A DNA stretch of 64,000 nucleotides from a virus (IMGVR_UViG_2595698888_000001:1-64000), one strand, 5' to 3'; counted from the stretch's first letter, positions 9,232 to 17,975 are shown. The notes: generated by a model from the letters alone, not told the origin. Program-made: numbers and translations.

Positions 9232-9318
9232 TAATATACTTTTAAACGAGAAAAGTACTTGCAAAGAATGATAAAAGTAGTATACTTATCTATATCGAAA
9301 ACGAAAGAGGATTTAAAA
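9232..9318 (+). repeat. promoter/5'UTR/RBS cassette copy 2 (TTGCAA 9259-9264, TATACT 9281-9286)
   Basis: atacttttaaacgagaaaagtacttgcaaagaatgataaaagtagtatacttatctatatcgaaaacgaaagaggatttaaaaATG. Confidence 0.6.
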
Positions 9319-9675
9319 ATGGTAGATATGTTCTGGAGTAGTTCGTGCGGCAGAATTGAACTTGAGTTCAAAGATCCTGAGCAGGTATTCACTATGTTTC
9401 ATAGTGGCGATTGTGAGGATTCTGTTAAGGCACAGATTCCGTACTTCCTTCCTCAATTGCAGAACATTGATCGTTCGCGTATTATTTCAGTACTAAATGA
9501 ATATTCTGGTGATTGGACAATTGGGGAGTTATTGGAACTTACACAGGAAGATCTTTACATTAAACTGTTATGGATCGCTGCTGGTGATAAACACGACGAA
9601 ATCAATATGGATGAATTGTGTGAATGGCAGAATGATTTTTTGGCAGAACGTGAACGCGAAAAACACGGCGAATGA
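9319..9675 (+). CDS. hypothetical protein (118 aa)
   Basis: ATG after cassette RBS. Confidence 0.55.
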   Translation: MVDMFWSSSCGRIELEFKDPEQVFTMFHSGDCEDSVKAQIPYFLPQLQNIDRSRIISVLNEYSGDWTIGELLELTQEDLYIKLLWIAAGDKHDEINMDELCEWQNDFLAEREREKHGE

Positions 9676-9688
9676 TCATTAAAAGTAC

Positions 9689-9716
9689 TTGCAATAACAT
9701 GCGAGTACTTTATAAT
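9689..9716 (+). promoter_or_regulatory. early promoter TTGCAA-16-TATAAT
   Basis: aaaagtacTTGCAAtaacatgcgagtacttTATAAT. Confidence 0.55.
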
Positions 9717-9748
9717 GATTGTACTTATTAAGTGAGAGGAAAAACAAA

Positions 9749-10129
9749 ATGAATCCAGTTTATGACGTTCACGCTGATATTGTAACCACGATGGAAAAAG
9801 TTTTTGCTGGTGGTTATGATGCACTCGCTTTTCGTAAAGAGCATGACAGATTACAAAAGCGAATTGATAACCTCAAATTGGTTAGGGATCGTTATGCTAC
9901 CAACACACTACTTACCAGTATGATTGGTAATGTAATGATGAAAAAACTGTGCCTGGCATATGAATTTGAAAAAACTCTGTATTGTACTGCCAATAACGTT
10001 CCGGGTCGTCCCAATACTGATTTTCTTCATTCATTGAATTTGTCAAGTGCTGAATGGGATGCTTTACCACAATATCACGTGTGGATTGCATCGGGTAAAA
10101 TTTACAGTACTGTGCATAAATCCAAATAA
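9749..10129 (+). CDS. hypothetical protein (126 aa)
   Basis: RBS gtgagaggaaaaacaaaATG. Confidence 0.55.
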   Translation: MNPVYDVHADIVTTMEKVFAGGYDALAFRKEHDRLQKRIDNLKLVRDRYATNTLLTSMIGNVMMKKLCLAYEFEKTLYCTANNVPGRPNTDFLHSLNLSSAEWDALPQYHVWIASGKIYSTVHKSK

Positions 10130-10135
10130 ACAAAT

Positions 10136-10161
10136 AGGGGAACTATATGTTCCCCTTTTTA
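10136..10161 (+). terminator. rho-independent terminator
   Basis: aggggaactatatgttcccct + ttttt. Confidence 0.6.
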
Positions 10162-10175
10162 AGTGAGATATTCAT

Positions 10176-10430
10176 ATGAATATTTTTTACCAAACTAACA
10201 GGTTATGTGTTGTATTTGATTGTGATTCTGATAAAATACAATGCGTAATATACAGGAAAGGAACGGCAGTATATGATAACTGGAAAGTACTACAATCATA
10301 TACAATGCGGCGTAAAGGTTTTAAACGCCTGGATAATCGAACACAGAAAGCGGCCTTGCGACAAATGATCAAGGCAATGCGGAACCGTCAAACAATGGCG
10401 TTAAACGTTGTACTTAACAGTAAGGAATGA
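10176..10430 (+). CDS. hypothetical protein (84 aa)
   Basis: ORF following terminator. Confidence 0.45.
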   Translation: MNIFYQTNRLCVVFDCDSDKIQCVIYRKGTAVYDNWKVLQSYTMRRKGFKRLDNRTQKAALRQMIKAMRNRQTMALNVVLNSKE

Positions 10431-10434
10431 TACA

Positions 10435-10644
10435 ATGGAACCAGAATTTAAGCCAGAACAGAAAGTAATTTTTCGCAGTACTGACAGCGGGCCAGAATAT
10501 CAAAAGCCATATGACGCTGTAGTTAATCGCTTACTTACAAGTGATGAATACGATATTCAGGACGTTGGATATATGTATGAGATCCAATTCTCTGATGGTT
10601 CTACAAAACATGCTTTTGAAGATGAATTGTCGGTACAGCAATAA
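10435..10644 (+). CDS. hypothetical protein (69 aa)
   Basis: RBS taaggaatgatacaATG. Confidence 0.5.
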   Translation: MEPEFKPEQKVIFRSTDSGPEYQKPYDAVVNRLLTSDEYDIQDVGYMYEIQFSDGSTKHAFEDELSVQQ

Positions 10645-10650
10645 TTAAAA

Positions 10651-10685
10651 AAGGGGTTGACATATGTTAGCCCCGTCTGTATACT
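10651..10685 (+). promoter_or_regulatory. terminator-promoter hybrid aaggggTTGACAtatgttagcccc + TATACT
   Basis: same architecture and leader (gtattcattg...agcccacagggtgcgg) as 8787-8870. Confidence 0.55.
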
Positions 10686-10793
10686 GTATTCATTGAAACA
10701 AATTAGCCCACAGGGTGCGGAGGTGTATCTATTAAAAAAGTACTGTACATGTATCCAGTACCTATCAAATATAAATTCAAACGAAAAAAGTAC

Positions 10794-10821
10794 TTGCAAT
10801 GGATGATAAAAGGAGTATAAT
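10794..10821 (+). promoter_or_regulatory. early promoter TTGCAA-16-TATAAT with A-rich UP element ataaattcaaacgaaaaaag
   Basis: aaaagtacTTGCAAtggatgataaaaggagTATAAT. Confidence 0.5.
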
Positions 10822-10933
10822 TGTTTACATGGAAGGGCAAGAGGTGAAAGGTAATGAGTCGCAGTACTGAAATAGCTCTGTTTATCTTTGTACTAGTAGC
10901 ACTATCTATTAATTTTAATTGAGAGGATTCAAA

Positions 10934-11167
10934 ATGTCTTTATATGATGTAACTGTAAACAGTACTGGTATTGGTCGTTCTGGTACTACTAAGATGCTGG
11001 CTGTTGCTTTCTTTCCTCATATGAATGAAGCAAGACAAGGTATCAATGAGTGGGTATCAGAGAACTTTGTTGCTCCGGTAACTGTGAGTGTTGAATTAAA
11101 ATCTCACTCAAATATTATCTATCCATCAGAAGTTCAGGGATATGAGCGTATTGTAATTATTGAATAA
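10934..11167 (+). CDS. hypothetical protein (77 aa)
   Basis: RBS ttgagaggattcaaaATG. Confidence 0.55.
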   Translation: MSLYDVTVNSTGIGRSGTTKMLAVAFFPHMNEARQGINEWVSENFVAPVTVSVELKSHSNIIYPSEVQGYERIVIIE

Positions 11168-11182
11168 TTCATTAAAAGTACT

Positions 11183-11211
11183 TTGACAAAATGGTTAGAG
11201 TACTTTATAAT
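11183..11211 (+). promoter_or_regulatory. early promoter TTGACA-17-TATAAT (45-bp exact duplicate at 11573-11617)
   Basis: aaaagtactTTGACAaaatggttagagtacttTATAATgtagttat. Confidence 0.6.
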
Positions 11212-11324
11212 GTAGTTATATTAAAGGCCAGCTTTCTGACAATATCAGTACTGAGCATGATCTAGAAGATCATGAAGGCACAGAATATAAAGGCTAGTGG
11301 TCTATGGATCAGGAGAACTCATAA

Positions 11325-11558
11325 ATGTTTTATATTGCAGAAGTAAAACGTAATGGCGTAGTTGTTGAAAAATCGTTAGTATGTACCAGTAATGAAATTG
11401 CTGGATATTCTTATGCTGAAGATCGTTTTAATACAGTACAAGATAATACTCCAGGTGAATACAACATTACTTTTGATTTTTATCAGCTTGATAATCGTTC
11501 TATTGTTCCGGTTATACAAATGCCGGAAGATATTAAATTTATTGTCCAATTAGATTAA
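11325..11558 (+). CDS. hypothetical protein (77 aa)
   Basis: ORF with RBS aggagaactcataaATG. Confidence 0.55.
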   Translation: MFYIAEVKRNGVVVEKSLVCTSNEIAGYSYAEDRFNTVQDNTPGEYNITFDFYQLDNRSIVPVIQMPEDIKFIVQLD

Positions 11559-11572
11559 CAACATTAAAAGTA

Positions 11573-11617
11573 CTTTGACAAAATGGTTAGAGTACTTTAT
11601 AATGTAGTTATTGAGTA
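11573..11617 (+). repeat. duplicate of promoter block at 11177-11221
   Basis: identical 45-bp string. Confidence 0.6.
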
Positions 11618-11629
11618 GGAGGAAACAAA

Positions 11630-11740
11630 ATGCAATTTGTTTTCGGTGCAATTAGCGGTATACTGATTTATCTGAATTGGGATGTTATCAGTCCCTGGAT
11701 TGAATCAGTACTGAAATTTACATTAACCTTTTTTAATTGA
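11630..11740 (+). CDS. small hydrophobic protein (36 aa)
   Basis: strong RBS taggaggaaacaaaATG; MQFVFGAISGILIYLNWDVISPWIESVLKFTLTFFN. Confidence 0.4.
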   Translation: MQFVFGAISGILIYLNWDVISPWIESVLKFTLTFFN

Positions 11741-11752
11741 GAGAAACAAAAA

Positions 11753-11956
11753 ATGGCACAGAAAGATCGTCGTTATGCAATCAATGCGGAGTTCACTGGT
11801 CACATTTCCGGTAAGAAACGTTTTGTACTGCGTTTTGAAGGTACTCGCGTATCTGATCACGGTTCCCGCTATGAGGCGGAACAGGAGATCGCGAAGTACA
11901 AGAAAGCGGGTACTATCCCTAATGTAAATGGAACACGTGTTGCAGTGGAGGCATAA
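11753..11956 (+). CDS. hypothetical protein (67 aa)
   Basis: RBS ttgagagaaacaaaaaATG. Confidence 0.55.
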   Translation: MAQKDRRYAINAEFTGHISGKKRFVLRFEGTRVSDHGSRYEAEQEIAKYKKAGTIPNVNGTRVAVEA

Positions 11957-12132
11957 TGCGGGAGTTTGCATTGTATGACAAGGTACATTTAGAACGGGAA
12001 TATCCGTTAAGTACTAAGAAAGTACTTGATACGTTGCCGGTTCTTACTGATTTAGAGGTTGAAATTATTATTAACCTCAAGGTATCAGAAAGTATTGAGA
12101 TTAATAATACTGTTATCATCCGTACAATGTAA
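11956..12132 (+). CDS. hypothetical protein (58 aa), start overlaps preceding stop (taATG)
   Basis: MREFALYDKVHLEREYPLSTKKVLDTLPVLTDLEVEIIINLKVSESIEINNTVIIRTM. Confidence 0.35.
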   Translation: MREFALYDKVHLEREYPLSTKKVLDTLPVLTDLEVEIIINLKVSESIEINNTVIIRTM

Positions 12133-12150
12133 AAACATTATCAAAAGTAC

Positions 12151-12179
12151 TTGCAAATAGAAAGCGGGTACTTTATAAT
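12151..12179 (+). promoter_or_regulatory. early promoter TTGCAA-17-TATAAT (near-duplicate at 12431-12459)
   Basis: aaaagtacTTGCAAatagaaagcgggtacttTATAAT. Confidence 0.55.
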
Positions 12180-12208
12180 GTACTTATATTAAGCGAGAGA
12201 ATAAAGAA

Positions 12209-12412
12209 ATGAAAAGACTTCAAATTGACGTATCGGAACAAGCATTCAATCAACTGAAAGAATTGAAGGGTAAATGTGAAAGTGCTAGTTACGCAGATGT
12301 TACCCAAAAAGCATATAAAGTACTCGACTTCTTTATGAATGCAAAAGCTGATGGCAAATCTATAATTGTCGTAGATAAAGATGGTAAAGAAACGATAGTA
12401 GAAATGCTTTAA
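12209..12412 (+). CDS. hypothetical protein (67 aa)
   Basis: RBS agcgagagaataaagaaATG. Confidence 0.55.
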   Translation: MKRLQIDVSEQAFNQLKELKGKCESASYADVTQKAYKVLDFFMNAKADGKSIIVVDKDGKETIVEML

Positions 12413-12490
12413 CTATATTATCAAAAGTACTTGCAATTAGAAAGCGAGTACTTTATAATGTAGTTATTGAATCAAACAGAGGTTAACGAA

Positions 12491-12793
12491 ATGAAAACTC
12501 CACATCATAAAGCGTATGAATACGATTATTACTTTGTTGGTACTGATGGTATTCCTTATGTAGCAAAAAACTATCTCGCTGTAGTTCCTGGCGTTAATGT
12601 TGAAATGCTGATTAAACGCTGGAACCTTGCGGCTGGTCATGGTCGGAAGTATGTTCTTAAAGGTGAAGTGGATCTCAAAACAGCATTATACACTCCAGGT
12701 ACTACTGGTGCGATGATTGCCACCGATTGGAAGTTACTCGATCATATGCAATTTCACGGCGTCGAATATGAAGTAAAACGCATCGCCGCATAA
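12491..12793 (+). CDS. hypothetical protein (100 aa)
   Basis: RBS cagaggttaacgaaATG; earlier ATG lies inside promoter. Confidence 0.5.
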   Translation: MKTPHHKAYEYDYYFVGTDGIPYVAKNYLAVVPGVNVEMLIKRWNLAAGHGRKYVLKGEVDLKTALYTPGTTGAMIATDWKLLDHMQFHGVEYEVKRIAA

Positions 12794-12866
12794 TCAAAAA
12801 GTACTCTAGTACTGGTGTAATAGCCAGTACTGTTTTTTTATGTACAGTACTATATCTCATAGACAG

Positions 12867-12884
12867 ATCTCTGCACCCTATGGG
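12867..12884. repeat. single arm of the 26-bp element (reverse orientation: ctctgcaccctatgggct)
   Basis: matches right arm of IR elements. Confidence 0.5.
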
Positions 12885-12974
12885 CTTGAGCATTGTTCTT
12901 GCTATGTGTTAATAATATACCAGTACTTATATAATGTCAATGAAATAATTATACTTTCAAACGTGAATTTCCCC

Positions 12975-13002
12975 TTGCATTTATGGTTGAGTACTGTATA
13001 AT
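12975..13002 (+). promoter_or_regulatory. promoter TTGCAT-16-TATAAT (degenerate cassette copy)
   Basis: atactttcaaacgtgaatttcccctTGCATttatggttgagtactgTATAAT. Confidence 0.5.
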
Positions 13003-13029
13003 ACTTGTATTGAATCGGGAGCATGAACA

Positions 13030-13275
13030 ATGAACAAAGATTTAGTACTATACAGTATTGCAATATCCCTTGCAACTGTTGTCGTATCTTTCGGAATTGA
13101 TGAAGCGAGATCTGGTATATTTTGGCAAGCTACTGTTATTGCAGAAGGGCTTGACAATTCGTTATATACATTTGTATCATATGGCCTGAATCCTGTTTTT
13201 TATATGTTGTTATGGATTGGGTTAGGTTCAATAATAGCATTTATTTTTCATTTATTTGTTGACACAGACAAATAA
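13030..13275 (+). CDS. small membrane protein (81 aa)
   Basis: two hydrophobic spans. Confidence 0.5.
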   Translation: MNKDLVLYSIAISLATVVVSFGIDEARSGIFWQATVIAEGLDNSLYTFVSYGLNPVFYMLLWIGLGSIIAFIFHLFVDTDK

Positions 13276-13312
13276 AGCAGGTATAGTATTCTTATTGAAA
13301 CGGAGAGATACT

Positions 13313-13513
13313 ATGAAAGTTCAACCGATTTCTGCGATGTATAAGAATACAAATGATACCCGTCGTGAGGGTAAACCTGTAACGAAAGAAAGTGTACTTG
13401 AGCAAATTAAGTTATTCAAAGAACTGAATGGGGAAGATAGCAGTACTGTAGTTAATTTGAGTACTGATAAACTTCCTGAATTTTTGTACAATAAAGATGG
13501 TAAAATCAAATGA
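13313..13513 (+). CDS. hypothetical protein (66 aa)
   Basis: RBS aacggagagatactATG. Confidence 0.5.
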   Translation: MKVQPISAMYKNTNDTRREGKPVTKESVLEQIKLFKELNGEDSSTVVNLSTDKLPEFLYNKDGKIK

Positions 13514-13522
13514 GGGTTTATA

Positions 13523-14380
13523 ATGGGTAAGTATATTAGTTTGGGTTTTGTTGGTGTTCTGGTACTGTTTTTGCTGATTACTGGTTTGAGTTCGTTCTAT
13601 ACCATTGACCAGCAAGATCGCGGTGTCATTCTGACCAACGGCAAAATCACAGGGATCGCAAATCCGGGTATGAACTGGAAAAAACCATTTATCGATAGCG
13701 TGGTTGAAATTCCGGTAACTGGTCAAAACAAAAGTTATCAGGGCTTGCAAGCGTATTCCCGCGATCAGCAAGTAGCAAACATGAACGTATCCGTATCGTT
13801 TTCCGTACCGGAAGGTAAAGTCGGCGAACTGTATAGTACTTTCGGTACTATTGAAAACCTAACTGCTCGCGTTATGGATCGCCAGATTCCACAAGCGATG
13901 GAAAACGTATTTGGGCAATACAATGCGATCTCTGCGGTCCAAGACCGTGTTAAGCTGGTGGCTGATCTAAACACCGCCGTTAAAAAAGCGTTGGAAGCTT
14001 ATCCGGTATATGTTGAAAGTGTCCAACTCGAAAACGTATCATTCAGCGACGCATATGATAAATCGATTGAAGCACGTATGCAAGCCGAAGTAGCAGTACT
14101 GAAACGCCAGCAAGATCTTGCATCCGAAAAAGTATCTGCACAGATTCAGGTAACACAGGCACAAGCGAAAGCTGATAGCCAACTTGCCGAAGCGAAAGCA
14201 GCAGCAGAAGCAACACGCCTTCAGGGTGAAGCAGATGCAGCAGCGATCAAAGCAAAATCTGATGCACTTAACAGCAATCCGCAACTGGTTCAGCTTGCCG
14301 CTGTTGACAAATGGAATGGCGTACTGCCTACTCAAATGGTTCCTGGTTCGACCGTTCCATTCGTGAATCTTAATAAGTAA
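13523..14380 (+). CDS. SPFH/band-7 (prohibitin/HflC-like) membrane protein
   Basis: N-terminal TM helix, then QQDRGVILTNGKI...NMNVSVSFSV core and long Ala/Gln/Glu coiled coil typical of SPFH family. Confidence 0.65.
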   Translation: MGKYISLGFVGVLVLFLLITGLSSFYTIDQQDRGVILTNGKITGIANPGMNWKKPFIDSVVEIPVTGQNKSYQGLQAYSRDQQVANMNVSVSFSVPEGKVGELYSTFGTIENLTARVMDRQIPQAMENVFGQYNAISAVQDRVKLVADLNTAVKKALEAYPVYVESVQLENVSFSDAYDKSIEARMQAEVAVLKRQQDLASEKVSAQIQVTQAQAKADSQLAEAKAAAEATRLQGEADAAAIKAKSDALNSNPQLVQLAAVDKWNGVLPTQMVPGSTVPFVNLNK

Positions 14381-14389
14381 GTACTACAA

Positions 14390-14417
14390 AAGCCTAGCAA
14401 TGTCTAGGCTTTTTTAT
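14390..14417 (+). terminator. rho-independent terminator
   Basis: aagcctagcaatgtctaggctt + tttttat. Confidence 0.6.
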
Positions 14418-14427
14418 ATTTCAAAAA

Positions 14428-14512
14428 ATATACTTTCAAACGTGAAAAGTACTTGCAAAGAATCGTACAGAGTAGTATTATCTTTATATCGACAACGAAC
14501 AAGGAAAATCAA
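14428..14512 (+). repeat. promoter/5'UTR/RBS cassette copy 3 (TTGCAA 14454-14459)
   Basis: atactttcaaacgtgaaaagtacttgcaaagaatcg...tatcgacaacgaacaaggaaaatcaaATG. Confidence 0.55.
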
Positions 14513-14707
14513 ATGGAACAACATTTCGTACATATCCCTAGCCCTCTGATGTTTTCGAGAGACGCTAGATTGTCTCGCATTAAGTACTTGAAAAAGGCAA
14601 AGGCAAGTACTGATAAAGAAGGCCGTAAATGGAACTTCACTATGGCGAAGATGATGAAACGCCATGAGAAACAATGGATGGAAACTTATCAGCAGGAATA
14701 CATGTAA
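14513..14707 (+). CDS. hypothetical protein (64 aa)
   Basis: ATG after cassette RBS. Confidence 0.5.
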   Translation: MEQHFVHIPSPLMFSRDARLSRIKYLKKAKASTDKEGRKWNFTMAKMMKRHEKQWMETYQQEYM

Positions 14708-14724
14708 ACATTATCAAAAGTACT

Positions 14725-14753
14725 TTGACAAATATGTTAGAGTACTTTATAAT
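14725..14753 (+). promoter_or_regulatory. early promoter TTGACA-17-TATAAT
   Basis: aaaagtactTTGACAaatatgttagagtacttTATAAT (same family as 11183). Confidence 0.55.
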
Positions 14754-14784
14754 GATTATATCAAAAAACGAACTGGTGATTATT

Positions 14785-15021
14785 ATGGTTATCGAACATA
14801 ATGCATATATTCCAAAAGCAGTACGCCAAGCTTTTGATATGGTGAAGCGTGTGTATCCCAACGTTACACAAGTCGAATATGATGATAACGGTAATTGGCT
14901 TTACTCTGACGGCAAAAGCTTTTTTCCTTCATTCAATAATATTAATATTGATGTTGGAGTACTTGAACACGCCGCTGATGCCGCCTATAATGTAGGCATT
15001 CCAGTTACGTTTAAAATTTAA
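14785..15021 (+). CDS. hypothetical protein (78 aa)
   Basis: first ATG downstream of promoter -10; upstream part of ORF-track call overlaps promoter. Confidence 0.45.
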   Translation: MVIEHNAYIPKAVRQAFDMVKRVYPNVTQVEYDDNGNWLYSDGKSFFPSFNNINIDVGVLEHAADAAYNVGIPVTFKI

Positions 15022-15033
15022 AAAGGTAATTGT

Positions 15034-15321
15034 ATGCCGTCAATGTTCAGAAATTCAAAGAAGGTACAGACTGCATTAAAAGTAATGGATATTGTTAAAA
15101 CAAAAAACAATACCAACAATGCACCAACTTCTAAAACAAAGAAAGTAAAATCTACTAAGCAAAGTACTGTAGTTACTCTTTCTGTTATGATACAATTCCT
15201 GAAAGATAACGATGGCGATTTAGATTTGCTTTACAAAACATATGTTGGCGATCTTGAATATCGCAAACAGATGGCTGATGAAGCATATATGTTGTTCAAA
15301 AAGAATTTGAATAGCATTTAA
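15034..15321 (+). CDS. hypothetical Lys-rich protein (95 aa)
   Basis: ORF. Confidence 0.5.
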   Translation: MPSMFRNSKKVQTALKVMDIVKTKNNTNNAPTSKTKKVKSTKQSTVVTLSVMIQFLKDNDGDLDLLYKTYVGDLEYRKQMADEAYMLFKKNLNSI

Positions 15322-15328
15322 AAAGTAC

Positions 15329-15358
15329 TTGCATTATCAATCACAGTACTATATAATA
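15329..15358 (+). promoter_or_regulatory. early promoter TTGCAT-18-TATAAT
   Basis: aaaagtacTTGCATtatcaatcacagtactaTATAAT. Confidence 0.5.
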
Positions 15359-15383
15359 ATTATATTCAACTGAGGAAATAATC

Positions 15384-15575
15384 ATGAGTAGACGATTTAG
15401 TTATGCAGCGAAAGCTGATGGTGGTTATCAAGTACTGTTTGAAGGTACTGTAATTGATAATGCAAGTACTGTCAAAGAAGCACGTAATAAAATTGCAAAG
15501 ATAAAACGTGATGCAAAGCACAGTAATTTAGTTAATAAGTTTTTTAGTTACAGCAAAGATTTTAAACAAAAATAA
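15384..15575 (+). CDS. hypothetical protein (63 aa)
   Basis: RBS tgaggaaataatcATG. Confidence 0.5.
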   Translation: MSRRFSYAAKADGGYQVLFEGTVIDNASTVKEARNKIAKIKRDAKHSNLVNKFFSYSKDFKQK

Positions 15576-15576
15576 C

Positions 15577-15605
15577 TTGCATTAAACCTGAATAGAAAGT
15601 ATAAT
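15577..15605 (+). promoter_or_regulatory. promoter TTGCAT-17-TATAAT
   Basis: aacTTGCATtaaacctgaatagaaagTATAAT. Confidence 0.45.
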
Positions 15606-15636
15606 CTTTATATCAACCAAACAGAAGGGATATACC

Positions 15637-16002
15637 ATGAAAGCAGTTTACTTTGCAACCAGAACTCTCGCTCGCAACGCTGTTGAAGAACTGAACGGTA
15701 AGTTCAAAGATTTTGGTACTGACGCCCCGAAAGGTGAACGCTGGGCAGTGCTGGTGGAAGAAACTGTACAGAACAATCAACTGTCTGTACAGGAAGAAAT
15801 TAACACTGCTCCCACAACTCCGGTACAGCAGATCACTGAAAGTCTTATTGACTATTCAGAAGCAATCACAGTACTGGATCGTCCGGGTTCCATTATTGGG
15901 GAACAAACTTTACGTACCCCAAATAACAAGCCTGTACGTACTTTGTGGCGTCGTAACAAAACGGCAATGCGTTTGGCTGCTCATATGGAAGCAACCGCTT
16001 AA
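15637..16002 (+). CDS. hypothetical protein (121 aa)
   Basis: RBS gaagggatataccATG. Confidence 0.55.
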   Translation: MKAVYFATRTLARNAVEELNGKFKDFGTDAPKGERWAVLVEETVQNNQLSVQEEINTAPTTPVQQITESLIDYSEAITVLDRPGSIIGEQTLRTPNNKPVRTLWRRNKTAMRLAAHMEATA

Positions 16003-16010
16003 AACTCGGT

Positions 16011-16036
16011 TGGGGCATTATATGATGCCCCTTTTT
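16011..16036 (+). terminator. rho-independent terminator
   Basis: ggggcattatatgatgcccc + tttttt. Confidence 0.6.
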
Positions 16037-16050
16037 TAAGGTTAATCCAT

Positions 16051-16293
16051 ATGAAAAAGTTAACAATTGATAATACACAATTGCGTGTGCATTTCAAAGC
16101 AAGTACTAAAATACTTGATAGAGCATTACGTGTTGTGAAAGATTTCAATAGTGGGCAAATAAGACCGCGAAGATTAGGTTGTGGATTGTTTGAAGTTCTG
16201 GATGTTTCGCGTAACGAAAGAATCGTTATTAAAGATCGCAAACTTAATCTAATGACGCATGAACAATATAACAAGTTCGTTGAACGCCGTTGA
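16051..16293 (+). CDS. hypothetical protein (80 aa)
   Basis: ORF. Confidence 0.5.
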   Translation: MKKLTIDNTQLRVHFKASTKILDRALRVVKDFNSGQIRPRRLGCGLFEVLDVSRNERIVIKDRKLNLMTHEQYNKFVERR

Positions 16294-16347
16294 CAGAATC
16301 CCCTAAATATGAATATAATAAATTTATAGTCATTAGGGGATTTTATT

Positions 16348-16869
16348 ATGCCTGGAACATTTAGAAGTAAAAACGGGGCAACACTATCTGGACACTCAGA
16401 TAAATGGAGTAATGCTAACCGTAGTCCTAACAGTCATGATGCAGGACAAGGATCAAAAGGTAAACGCAATCAAGGAACCGGTATTCAAGGGAAACTAAAC
16501 ACTATGCCATCACAAGGCGTAGATACTTCCAAAATGAAGCCGGAACAAAAGTTAAAGTACTTTCAATCTTTAGGGTTAATGCCTGGCGTGGCTCCTGAAC
16601 CAGAACCAGAAGTTAAGCCAGAACCTGCACCAGACCAACGCAACAAAGTACAAGCTCTTACTCAAGACCTACAGAAAGTATTCGCGAACAATCCAAACTA
16701 TCTACACAGTATTGTACAGCAATTAAAAGAAGTGCCACCAGCACAATTTAAAAAAGCGGTATTCGCTGCTTACAGAGCTATGCAAGAAAGTACATCACAA
16801 CAAAATGTAGATCCTAAAGAAGTACTAACTCATATACAAGATGCAATTAATCAAAGTATATACGATTAA
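16348..16869 (+). CDS. hypothetical protein with Gly/Ser-rich N-terminus and Pro/Glu linker (173 aa)
   Basis: ORF preceded by 10-bp-stem hairpin aatcccctaa...ttaggggatt. Confidence 0.55.
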   Translation: MPGTFRSKNGATLSGHSDKWSNANRSPNSHDAGQGSKGKRNQGTGIQGKLNTMPSQGVDTSKMKPEQKLKYFQSLGLMPGVAPEPEPEVKPEPAPDQRNKVQALTQDLQKVFANNPNYLHSIVQQLKEVPPAQFKKAVFAAYRAMQESTSQQNVDPKEVLTHIQDAINQSIYD

Positions 16870-16933
16870 TATTTGACAGAACAATTTTCGTCTGATAGTA
16901 TTAAGTTATCAAACACAAACAGGGTACTATCAA

Positions 16934-17278
16934 ATGAAAAGGATTATGTTAGTAGGATTGATGTTCGCATGTGTCAGTACTGTACAGGCTGAAATGCTTA
17001 CCTGTACTAGCTCGACACTTTCTTTCCGTAACAACGATGGAAGTTACTCGGAAAAGGCAGGTACTAAACTTACCGATATTTCCATTGAAGTACAGGAACA
17101 ATCGATCACTATGTACGCTGGTGGATTAGACCGCCTGGAATTCTGGAAAGATTATAATGAGTACCGCAATGATAGCGGGAAGATCGTTCGTAATGGTAGT
17201 ACTTTCTCTATGTATACTACTATTCCAACCGATACAAACAACATGCAGCCAATCAAAGTTGATTATATCTGCAAATGA
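16934..17278 (+). CDS. secreted protein with signal peptide (114 aa)
   Basis: MKRIMLVGLMFACVSTVQA signal-peptide-like N-terminus. Confidence 0.55.
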   Translation: MKRIMLVGLMFACVSTVQAEMLTCTSSTLSFRNNDGSYSEKAGTKLTDISIEVQEQSITMYAGGLDRLEFWKDYNEYRNDSGKIVRNGSTFSMYTTIPTDTNNMQPIKVDYICK

Positions 17279-17287
17279 TTCAAATAA

Positions 17288-17321
17288 AAGGTTGACTACG
17301 GTCGGCCTTTTTTGTTATACT
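17288..17321 (+). promoter_or_regulatory. terminator-promoter hybrid aaaggTTGACTacggtcggccttttttgt + TATACT
   Basis: hairpin with T-run; -35 inside; conserved leader tctttcattggcagataagccgttagcccattgggtgcata follows. Confidence 0.55.
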
Positions 17322-17609
17322 TCTTTCATTGGCAGATAAGCCGTTAGCCCATTGGGTGCATAGTTGTATCCTTTTTAAGTACTTTCTACTTTGAAAATAT
17401 TATACAAAAACTTGTAATTTCTTCTTGCAGATTAATCTGAATTTGGTATTATATACACATCGAGACGGGGCAACGTCTTAGATAAACTAAGCGAGCGAGA
17501 AAGAAAATGCGGCGTAAATGAATTTATAAAAGGAGTTGACAGCGGTTGACTCCTTTAGTATAATCATCCCATTCAAACAAATGTAGTACTTTCTAAAAGG
17601 CATAATATC

Positions 17610-17837
17610 ATGAGAAACATCGTCGAAGTACTGTTTAACGCATCAAGAGAAGTTTCCGAAGAAGAACGCCAGGCTTCCGAAGTCATTAGCGATCTTTGCC
17701 AAAAGCATGAGCTTGTCTTACCTGAACAACTTATGGCTATGAATTACTTTTCAGGTATTGACTTCAATCTGATTGTATCAAAGGTTAGTACTCTTAACAC
17801 GCCGTTGATACCCGAAGCAATGTTTTATACACATTAA
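17610..17837 (+). CDS. hypothetical protein (75 aa)
   Basis: ORF. Confidence 0.5.
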   Translation: MRNIVEVLFNASREVSEEERQASEVISDLCQKHELVLPEQLMAMNYFSGIDFNLIVSKVSTLNTPLIPEAMFYTH

Positions 17838-17846
17838 TAAGTAATA

Positions 17847-17882
17847 AAAGGCTTGACACGTTCGAGCCTTTTTTGTTATACT
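17847..17882 (+). promoter_or_regulatory. terminator-promoter hybrid aaggcTTGACAcgttcgagccttttttgt + TATACT (near-duplicate of 17288 module incl. 45-nt leader)
   Basis: identical leader tacttctttcattggcagataagccgttagcccattgggtgcata. Confidence 0.55.
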
Positions 17883-17975
17883 TCTTTCATTGGCAGATAA
17901 GCCGTTAGCCCATTGGGTGCATAATAGTACTAGTACTATAAGAAAATAAAAATATAAATTCAAACGAAAAAAAAC

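Noticed and set aside
14039-14335. Cys-rich 98-aa minus-strand ORF
   Set aside because: Antisense to the Ala/Gln-rich coiled coil of the SPFH gene (GCn/CAG codons read backwards).
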